Positions 8,460-15,297 of a stretch of 64,000 bases of DNA are shown piece after piece. The notes below the pieces were generated by a model. The model was not told the DNA's origin. It saw only the letters and a program-made list of their open reading frames with translations, and did no database searches. Each line of letters begins with the position of its first letter. The stretch's first letter is position 1. Location of the stretch: the NCBI GenBank assembly GCA_963803135.1, contig CAWDLH010000008.1:432281-496280 (forward strand), read 5' to 3'. The position numbers and the translations under genes are program-made. Source of the DNA: an uncultured Actinomycetota bacterium (GTDB lineage Bacteria > Actinomycetota > Actinomycetes > Mycobacteriales > CADCTP01).

Positions 8460-9689
8460 GTGGACGGTCCCGGCGTGGCCGCGGCGGTGGCCGAGGCGCA
8501 CCGTCGCGAGTGGGCGTTCGTGCTCGCCGCGACGGTGCGCGTCACCCGCGACATCGACCTCGCCGAGGAGTGCGTCCAGGACGCGTACGCCCGGGCGCTG
8601 GCGGCCTGGGCCGAGCGCGGTGTGCCGGCGAAGCCCGGCGCCTGGCTGACCACGGTCGCCCGGCGCCGGGCCGTCGACCTGCTCCGGCGTGAGGTCACGC
8701 TGCGCCGGGCGCTGCCGCTGCTCGTCGACGACGAGCCGGCGGCCGCCGGCGGCCCGTTCCCGGACGACCGGCTGCGGCTGATCTTCACCTGCTGCCACCC
8801 GTCGCTGGCGGCGGAGGCCCAGGTCGCACTGACGCTGCGGCTGCTGTGCGGGCTCAGCACGGCCGAGGTGGCCAGGGCGTTCCTGGTCGCGGAGCCGACG
8901 ATGGCCGCGCGGATCACCCGGGCCAAGAAGAAGATCGCCGCCGCGCGCATCCCGTACCGGATGCCGTCGGTGGCTGACCTGCCCGAACGCACCGAGGCCG
9001 TGCTGGCCGTGGTGCACCTGCTGTTCACGACCGGGCACACCGCGCCGGTCGGCGCCGACCTCATCCGGCGCGACCTGGTCGAGCGGGCGCTCGACCTGGC
9101 CCGGATGCTGCGGGCGCTGCTGCCGGACGACGCCGACGTGGCGGCGCTGCTGGCGCTGATCCTGCTGACCGACGCCCGGCGGGAGACCAGGGTCGGCCCG
9201 GACGGGCGGCTGCTGCTGCTCGCCGAGCAGGACCGCACCCGGTGGGACACGGCCCAGATCGCCGAGGGGATGGAGCTCGTCGAGGAGGCGCTGCGCCGCC
9301 GGCCGCGCAGCCGGCACAGCCTGCAGGCGGCGATCGCGGCCGTGCACGCGCGGGCCGGCAGCTGGCCGGACACGGACTGGGGCCGGGTGGTCGACCTCTA
9401 CGACACGCTCGCCGAGGTGTGGCCGTCACCGGTGGTGGCGCTCAACCGGGCGGCGGCGCTCGGCTTCGCCCGCGGGCCGGCGGCGGGTCTCGCCGCGCTG
9501 GCGCCGCTGTCCGCGGAACCGCAGCTGGCCGGCTACGGCTACCTGCCGGCGGCGCGGGCGGCGTTCCTGGCCGAGCTCGGTCGGGTGGCCGAGGCGCGGG
9601 AGGCGTACCAGGAGGCGATCCTGCTGACCGAGAACGCGGTCGAGCGGGAGTTCCTGGCCGGGCGCCTCGCCGAGCTGGACGAACGGTGA
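8460..9689 (+). CDS. ECF sigma factor with long C-terminal helical (TPR-like) extension, ECF42-type
   Basis: Sigma-2 region (HRREWAFVLAATVRVTRDIDLAEECVQDAYARAL). Sigma-4 region (LTLRLLCGLSTAEVARAFLVAEPTMAARITRAKKKI). About 200-aa extension. Paralog of 30243..31484. Confidence 0.9.
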   Translation: MDGPGVAAAVAEAHRREWAFVLAATVRVTRDIDLAEECVQDAYARALAAWAERGVPAKPGAWLTTVARRRAVDLLRREVTLRRALPLLVDDEPAAAGGPFPDDRLRLIFTCCHPSLAAEAQVALTLRLLCGLSTAEVARAFLVAEPTMAARITRAKKKIAAARIPYRMPSVADLPERTEAVLAVVHLLFTTGHTAPVGADLIRRDLVERALDLARMLRALLPDDADVAALLALILLTDARRETRVGPDGRLLLLAEQDRTRWDTAQIAEGMELVEEALRRRPRSRHSLQAAIAAVHARAGSWPDTDWGRVVDLYDTLAEVWPSPVVALNRAAALGFARGPAAGLAALAPLSAEPQLAGYGYLPAARAAFLAELGRVAEAREAYQEAILLTENAVEREFLAGRLAELDER

Positions 9690-9715
9690 CGGCGTCGGCG
9701 TCGCCGGCGGCCGGC

Positions 9716-9888
9716 GGCCAGGTGGGTGGCCGGGCGGTGAGCGCCGGCTGGCCGGGCGGTGGGCGCCGACGGCGGGGTGGGTGGCCGGGCGGTGAGCGGC
9801 TGGCCGGGCGGTGAGCGCCGGCGGCGGGGTGGGTGGCGGGCCATGAGCGCCGGCGGCCGGGTGGTGGCCGGGTGGGCCGGGTGGGGTC
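9716..9888. repeat. Imperfect tandem array, about 5 copies of a ~27-bp unit (core TGGCCGGGCGGTGAGCGCC)
   Basis: Read directly. Fills the convergent junction between the sigma gene (stop 9689) and hxlR (stop 9887). Confidence 0.8.
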
Positions 9889-10288
9889 AGGCGGACCGCT
9901 GGTCGTACTCGTCGCGGGCGGCCCGGACCTCCGGGTAGTGCGTCTCCGACCACTCCTTGACCGCGCGCAGCACCGGCAGCAGCGTCCGGCCGAGCGGGGT
10001 CAGCTCGTAGTCGACCCGGACCGGGACGCTCGGCGTGACGGTCCGGGTGACCAGGCCGTCGCGCTCGAGCGTGCGCAGGGTCTGGGTGAGCATCTTCTGG
10101 CTCGCGCCGGCGATCCTCGCGGCCAGCTGGCCGTGCCGGCGCGGTCCGTCGGCGAGCGCGTTGACGAGCAGGCCGGCCCACTTGTCACCGATGGTCGCCA
10201 TCACCTGGCGGGTCGGGCAGGTCGCTATGAACGCGTTGAAGGCGAACGCCGACTCCGACCGTCGCTGCTCCGCCGTCCTGGTCGGCAT
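9887..10288 (-). CDS. HxlR-family winged-helix transcriptional regulator
   Basis: CPTRQVMATIGDKWAGLLVNALADGPRRHGQLAARIAGASQKMLTQTLRTLERDGLVTR...YELTPLG. Confidence 0.9.
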   Translation of the reverse strand: MPTRTAEQRRSESAFAFNAFIATCPTRQVMATIGDKWAGLLVNALADGPRRHGQLAARIAGASQKMLTQTLRTLERDGLVTRTVTPSVPVRVDYELTPLGRTLLPVLRAVKEWSETHYPEVRAARDEYDQRSA

Positions 10289-10410
10289 GGGGCACCCCTC
10301 CTCTCCATAGGCACCAATGGGTACCTACTTACCAACAGTACCTCACGGGAGCAGGGTGGTTGCGACGCCGCCCTCGACGGGAGGAGCGGCCCGGTACGAG
10401 GAGTGCGGAG

Positions 10411-11354
10411 ATGCGAGTGGTCGAGATGCGCCGGTACGGCGGCCCGGAGGTGGTCGGGGAGGCCGAGCGGCCGGACCCGCGACCGCAGCCGGGGCGGGTG
10501 CTGGTCCGGGTCGCGGCGGCCGAGATCAACCCGGTCGACCTGTGGGCGCGGGAAGGCCTGCTGAGGGCGGTGACCCCCGGGCTGGAGCCGCCGTTCGTGG
10601 CGGGGTGGAACCTGGCCGGCACGGTGCTGGCGGCGGGCGCGGGATTCGCGGCCGGACAGCCGGTGGTCGGGCTGATCCCGTGGTTCGGGGTGGCGAAGGA
10701 CGGGATCGGCGCGCACGCCGAGATCGTCTCCGCCGAGCCCGGCTGGCTGGCGCCACTGCCGGCCGGCGTGGACCCGGTGCAGGCGGCCACGCTCGGGCTG
10801 AACGCACCGGCGGCGGCGCAGGCGCTCGACCTGCTCGACGTCGGCAAGGGAGGCACCCTGCTCGTCGTCGGCGCGAGCGGGGCGGTCGGCGGGTTCGCCG
10901 TTCAGCTGGCGGCCTCCGCCGGGGTGGACGTGATCGCCGCGGCGGGCGGCCCGGACGACGAGGCGTACCTGGCCGGGCTCGGAGCGGCCCGGGTGCTGCC
11001 GCGGACCGCGCCGGAGGAGCTGGCCGCCGCGGTGCGAGCCCTCGAGCCAGCCGGCGTGGACGCGGTGCTGGACGCCGCGCTGCTCGGTGCGCCGGTGCTC
11101 GGCGCGGTGCGGGACGGCGGTGAGTTCGTCAGCGCCACCCCCCGGCCGCGCCGGACGCGGAGCGCGGGATCCGGGTGCAGGCGGTGAGCGTGCGGCCGAA
11201 CGCGGAGCAGTTGGCGGCGCTCGCGGTGGACCTCGCCGCGGGGCGGCTGCGGACCCGGGTGGCCGGCTCGTACCCGTTCGGCGCCGCGGCCGACGCGCAC
11301 CGGCTCGCCGGGACGCGCGGGCTGCGCGGGCGGGTCGTCCTGACGACAGGGTGA
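10411..11354 (+). pseudogene. MDR-family NADPH:quinone oxidoreductase / zinc-type alcohol dehydrogenase-like, interrupted by a frameshift at a C6 run (11138-11143)
   Basis: The N-terminal 243 codons read in frame 1 (RVLVRVAAAEINPVDL..., LLVVGASGAVGGFAVQLA). The conserved C-terminus (PDAERGIRVQAVSVRPNAEQLAALAVDLAAGRLRTRVAGSYPFGAAADAHRLAGTRGLRGRVVLTTG*) continues in frame 0 to TGA 11352-11354. The frames switch within 11124-11187. Confidence 0.75.
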
Positions 11355-11372
11355 GGGCGCTACGGTCACCGG

Positions 11373-11783
11373 ATGGCGGAGTACGTGGTGCGGCCGGTGG
11401 GCCGGGTCGAATCGTCGCTGCAGAACCGGTCCGACGCGCCCAACCAGGGGGACGAGGGCGCGCCGGACTGCACGATCGCACTCGACCCGGACTACGCGAC
11501 GGCGGTGCGGGACGTCGCGGCCGGCACCGATCTGCTCGTGCTGACCTGGCTGGACCGCGCCAACCGCGACGTGCAGGCGGTGCGCCCGCGCGGCGATCGG
11601 AACCGGCCGGAGACCGGCGTGTTCAGCACCCGCTCCCCGGACCGGCCCAACCCGATCGGCCTGCACCGCGTGACCGTCCTCGCCGTCGACGGCACCCGCC
11701 TTCTCGTCCACGGTCTCGAAGCGCTCGACGGCACCCCCGTCGTCGACCTCAAACCCCCGCTCGGCCCCGTCGCCGAACGCTGA
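11373..11783 (+). CDS. trmO: tRNA (t6A37-N6)-methyltransferase TrmO/TsaA (YaeB family)
   Basis: VRPVGRVES...FSTRSPDRPNPIGLHRVTVLAVDGTRLLVHGLEALDGTPVVDLKP. Confidence 0.9.
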   Translation: MAEYVVRPVGRVESSLQNRSDAPNQGDEGAPDCTIALDPDYATAVRDVAAGTDLLVLTWLDRANRDVQAVRPRGDRNRPETGVFSTRSPDRPNPIGLHRVTVLAVDGTRLLVHGLEALDGTPVVDLKPPLGPVAER

Positions 11784-11786
11784 GGC

Positions 11787-11987
11787 CGCCCGCTCAGGCT
11801 GCGCCCATCGGCGCAGCCGGGCGAGGGCGCGCAGGGCGTCGGCGCTGGAGATCGGCTGGTCGTCCTCCAGCGCGGTCAGCTCCAGCTCGATCCACTCCCG
11901 GACGAGCGTCGAGGTCGGGACGCCTCGGCGCTGCGCCGCGGCCTTGAGTCGCTGGTCGAGCTCGAACGGCACCCGCAGGCGGATCAT
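11787..11987 (-). CDS. Ribbon-helix-helix (CopG/Arc/MetJ-like) protein; 3' end undefined because there is no in-frame stop before 10902
   Basis: MIRLRVPFELDQRLKAAAQRRGVPTSTLVREWIELEL is a textbook strand-helix-helix pattern. Its ATG overlaps the stop of the upstream gene (ATGA at 11984-11987). The frame then reads through, antisense to trmO. Confidence 0.55.
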
Positions 11988-12325
11988 GGACGGGTGTCGG
12001 GGGGTGGGAGGGCAGTGCTGAAGTCGCAGTCGGCGGCGACTCGGAAGCCGGCGGCGTGGAGGCGGTCGATGACGGTGGTGACGAACGCGACGACGGTGTC
12101 GTCGGGGACGTCGCCGGTCGCGTCGATGTCCACTGTGGACGGCCAGTCGAGGTGGTGCTGGCCGCGGGTGCGGTCGGGGTTGCGGCGGACGTCGACGGTG
12201 AAGCCGGGGACCCGGAAGACGTCGAGGTGGTCGGCCGGGCCGAGCAGGTCGGCGACGACCGGGACGAGGGTGGCCGGGTCGGGCGTGTCGACGTAGAGCA
12301 CGCACCACCGGTAGGCGGCGGTCAT
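11984..12325 (-). CDS. 113-aa acidic protein of unknown family; candidate cognate immunity/neutralising partner
   Basis: ATGA overlap with the stop of the upstream toxin-like gene (12322-12325) and with the downstream RHH start. Predicted mixed alpha/beta pattern. I recognise no family. Confidence 0.65.
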   Translation of the reverse strand: MTAAYRWCVLYVDTPDPATLVPVVADLLGPADHLDVFRVPGFTVDVRRNPDRTRGQHHLDWPSTVDIDATGDVPDDTVVAFVTTVIDRLHAAGFRVAADCDFSTALPPPDTRP

Positions 12326-13635
12326 GGGACCCGTAGCCACGGCTCGTTGTCGAACATCCCGCCGCGTTTGATGACGGCGAGGTCGACCTTCCGGTCGAGG
12401 TCGGTCTCCAGCGCGGCGCGCAGCTGCTTCAGGCCGGCGTGGCGGGAGAAGATCCGGCCGCGGGCGACCGCGTTGGTCCGCGCCTCGGTGGTCGCGTTGC
12501 CGAAGAAGTCCTTGATCAGCCGGTCGTACTCGTCGGGCGGGACGCGCAGGCCGAAGTCGATGTCGGACGCGCCCCGGGCGGAGTGGCCGGCGCGGCTGCC
12601 CTGGACGACCACGTCGCCGGTCAGCCCGCGGGCGGTCGACCGGATCCGGGCCGCCGCCGCCGCGAGCTGGTCGGCGCTGATGCCCTCCGGAAGGGTGCCG
12701 ACCGCGCGGAAGACCCGGCCGCGGACGGCCGGCGGGATGGCCCGGTTGACCGCCTTGAGGCCGCGGGCGACGGCGGGCACGGCGCGCACCATCCGGGCGA
12801 CCGGGCCGGTCGGCAGCGCGGTCAGCGCCGCGTCGGCGGCCAGGCCCTTCCAGGAACCGCGGCCGGTCGCCCAGACGACGCCGGCGTCGATCGCGACCGC
12901 CGCCGTGCCGAGGGCGATCGCACCCGGGGCGAGGAACTGGAACCCCGGCACCAGGCTCGCGGTGCCGAGCACCATCGCGGCCAGCCGCAGGCCGCCGGCG
13001 ATCTCGGAGAGCACCTCGGCGTGGGCGGCGATCCAGCCGCGGGCCCGGTCCCGGATCCGCTCCAGCAGGCCGGGCTCCCGGTGCGGCGGGTCGGCGGCGG
13101 CCGCGCGGATCCTGGCCGCGGCGTGGGCGGCGTCGGCGCGGTGGTCGCCCAGCAGGCGGCGGGCTTCGGCGATCACGGCCTCCAGCTCGTCCGCGAGCGC
13201 GCGGGCGGCCGCGGCCGCATCGCCGTCGGACGCGGCACCGATCCGCCCACCCGACCGACCCCCGGCGCCGACAAGGGCGGCGGGGCGGGCGAACTCGAGC
13301 CCGGCGGCGCGGAACCGCAGAGCGGCGGCGCGGTCCTCCAGGTCGGCGGCGTGCAGCTGGCGCGCGACCAGATCGTCTGCGTAGGCGGTCAGCTCGCGGG
13401 CCAGGGTCCCGTGCGCGGCCGCGGCGCGGGTCATGTCGGCGGGCAGCTCGCGGGTGCGGTGCCGGCAGGCGTCGGCGGCCGAGCCCCGCCACCGCGCGTC
13501 GAGCCGGCCGGCCGCGGCCGCCGCTCCGGCCAGCGCCCGGGCCGCCCGGTCGGCCTCCCGGGCCTGCGCCAACAGCGCCGCCGGCGAGCCCGGAGCCGGG
13601 TCGAAGCCGAGCGCCGGGAACGTCCGCATCGCCAT
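12322..13635 (-). CDS. Polymorphic-toxin-like protein: T7SS-signal/WXG-like helical N-terminus, two TM segments, C-terminal Pol-beta-type (MNT-like) nucleotidyltransferase domain
   Basis: N-terminus ALGFDPAPGSPAALLAQAREADRAA...ARWRGSAADA (W-x-G at about residues 49-51). Hydrophobic pair LRLAAMVLGTASLVPGFQFLAPGAIALGTAAVAIDAGVVWA. C-terminus VVVQGSRAGHSARGASDIDFGLRV...KVDLAVI matches hG[GS]-x10-DhDh plus a third acidic residue. Confidence 0.8.
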   Translation of the reverse strand: MAMRTFPALGFDPAPGSPAALLAQAREADRAARALAGAAAAAGRLDARWRGSAADACRHRTRELPADMTRAAAAHGTLARELTAYADDLVARQLHAADLEDRAAALRFRAAGLEFARPAALVGAGGRSGGRIGAASDGDAAAAARALADELEAVIAEARRLLGDHRADAAHAAARIRAAAADPPHREPGLLERIRDRARGWIAAHAEVLSEIAGGLRLAAMVLGTASLVPGFQFLAPGAIALGTAAVAIDAGVVWATGRGSWKGLAADAALTALPTGPVARMVRAVPAVARGLKAVNRAIPPAVRGRVFRAVGTLPEGISADQLAAAAARIRSTARGLTGDVVVQGSRAGHSARGASDIDFGLRVPPDEYDRLIKDFFGNATTEARTNAVARGRIFSRHAGLKQLRAALETDLDRKVDLAVIKRGGMFDNEPWLRVP

Positions 13636-13873
13636 CGCGTCCTCCTCGTCCGGATCAAACCTGTGGCGAGGTTAGGGGCGAGCGGGCCCGATCAGACCGA
13701 CGAGTTGCGAACTGTGGACAACGAGCGGAGTGCGTCGACCGCCACCGCGAGCCCGGCCCGCCGCCGGCACTCCCGCCAGCACCGCCGCCAGGCGGCCGGC
13801 GCGGTCGACGGTCCCCGGCGCATCTAGGTTGATCCGACGAGGCGCAGCGGCTGGCGACAGGAAAGGGGTGGCG

Positions 13874-14221
13874 ATGAGTGAGTTGGGGGAGCTGCGGCGG
13901 GCGATGCGGGAGTTCACCGACGAGCGTGGGTGGGCCCCGTTCCATGATCCCAAGTCGGTACTGCTGGCGCTGGTCGGCGAGGTGGGGGAGCTGGCCGAGC
14001 TGCTGCAGTGGTTGCCGGCCGACCGGGTCGCCGAGCTGGCCCGGGGCGAGACGCTGCGCCGGCGGCTCGGCGAGGAGATGTCCGACGTGCTGCTCTACCT
14101 CGTGCTGCTCGCCGACGTCCTGGAGGTGGATCTGGCGGCGGCGGCGGAGGCGAAGCTCGCCGACGCCCGCGTCCGTTACCCCGTCGGGGCGCCGCCGGAC
14201 AGGGAGAACAGGGCGAGGTAG
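13874..14221 (+). CDS. MazG-like nucleotide pyrophosphohydrolase (small all-alpha NTP-PPase)
   Basis: FHDPKSVLLALVGEVGELAELLQW and LGEEMSDVLLYLVLLADVLEVDL (EExxE metal motifs). GAAAGGGG lies before ATG 13874. Confidence 0.85.
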   Translation: MSELGELRRAMREFTDERGWAPFHDPKSVLLALVGEVGELAELLQWLPADRVAELARGETLRRRLGEEMSDVLLYLVLLADVLEVDLAAAAEAKLADARVRYPVGAPPDRENRAR

Positions 14222-15171
14222 CCGCCCGTGAGGGAGCCGAGGGCCACCGCCCCGGACCGCTCGCGTACGCCGGTGACGAAGCCGAACTTCTCGCCCGGCG
14301 CCTGGAAGTCGTGCACCAGGTGGCCATCCGGGTCGTACGCCTGGACCCAGAGCGTGTGCGCCGGCTGCGGCTGGAACCGGTCCGGCAGCGCCCAGACCGC
14401 CTTGCGCAGCGCCGGCCGGCGTGGCAACAGCCAGTCCAGCGTGCGGTCGCGCGGGCTGCCGATCGCGACCCAGATCAGCCCGTCCGAGCCGGTGGAGACG
14501 TTGTCCGGGAAGCCGGGCAGGTTGTCCACGAACACCGAGTCCGTGCCGTCGGCGACCGACCAGCGCCGCAGCCGATACGCCGCGGTCTCCGCCACCACGA
14601 CGAACGATCCGTCCGGGGCGAGCGCCACCCCGTTCGCGAACTGCAGGCCGTCCAGCAGCGTCGTCGTCTCCGCGCGCAGCCCGCGGCGCAGCAGCCGCCC
14701 GGTCCCGGAATGCTGCAGCAGCTCGCCCTTCCAGTGGTCGATCCCGATCCCGCCGGTCGAGTCGCTGAAGTAGATCGTGCCGTCCGCTGCGACCGCGGCG
14801 TTGTTGCAGAACGAGAGCCCGTCGACCAGGGTCTCCACGGCACCCGACTCGACCGAGACCCGCAGCAGCCCACGGCGGGCGTCGCAGACCAGCAGGCCGC
14901 CGTCGGGCAGCCACTCCAGCCCGAGCGGGCGCCCGCCGGTGTCGGCGAGCACGTCGACCCGCCGCCCGTCCGGGGTCAGCCGCAGCACCCGCCCGTCCGC
15001 AACCCCGCACAGCACCCGGCCGGACTCGTCGAACAGCACGTCCTCGGGTCCGCGCCCGATCACGTCGAGCACGGTCAGCGGCGGCACGTCCCGCTCGCTG
15101 CGCGGCCGGCCGGCCCGGGCCGGCGCGGTCGGGGGCTGCCAGACGGCGGGGTCGATCGCGGGGCGCGCCAT
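14176..15171 (-). CDS. SMP-30/gluconolactonase/LRE / strictosidine-synthase-like beta-propeller protein
   Basis: GRGPEDVLFDESGRV..., LGLEWLPDGGLLVCDA, FCNNAAVAADGTIYFSDS, ANGVALAPDGSFVVVAET, PDNVSTGSDGLIWVA. It is the 3' third of the 1572-aa track ORF. Its end overlaps mazG convergently by 46 bp. Confidence 0.85.
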   Translation of the reverse strand: MARPAIDPAVWQPPTAPARAGRPRSERDVPPLTVLDVIGRGPEDVLFDESGRVLCGVADGRVLRLTPDGRRVDVLADTGGRPLGLEWLPDGGLLVCDARRGLLRVSVESGAVETLVDGLSFCNNAAVAADGTIYFSDSTGGIGIDHWKGELLQHSGTGRLLRRGLRAETTTLLDGLQFANGVALAPDGSFVVVAETAAYRLRRWSVADGTDSVFVDNLPGFPDNVSTGSDGLIWVAIGSPRDRTLDWLLPRRPALRKAVWALPDRFQPQPAHTLWVQAYDPDGHLVHDFQAPGEKFGFVTGVRERSGAVALGSLTGGYLALFSLSGGAPTG

Positions 15172-15297
15172 GGCTGCATCCTGCCCCCTCGCCGGCCGCC
15201 CGACGTGGTGCCGGAGGCAGGAGTTGTGTCCGGTTTGCCGACCCATGCGGTGGGTATCCGGCCCGTTGAGGCGTCCTTGACCGTTCCGGAGGTGCAT

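Noticed and set aside
11984-12325. HEPN toxin paired with the MNT-type nucleotidyltransferase (Rx4H in RTRGQH)
   Set aside because: A single Rx4H match occurs in a protein whose pattern is mixed alpha/beta and acidic, not the all-helical HEPN fold. The motif sits in a loop-like Pro/Arg-rich stretch. The gene order and the fusion of the NTase to a secretion/TM module fit toxin-immunity better.
13672-13953. 93-aa minus-strand ORF upstream of the toxin-like gene as a possible WXG100/helper protein
   Set aside because: It overlaps antisense with the start of the well-supported mazG-like gene, is Arg/Ala/Pro-rich, and has no WXG pattern or RBS.
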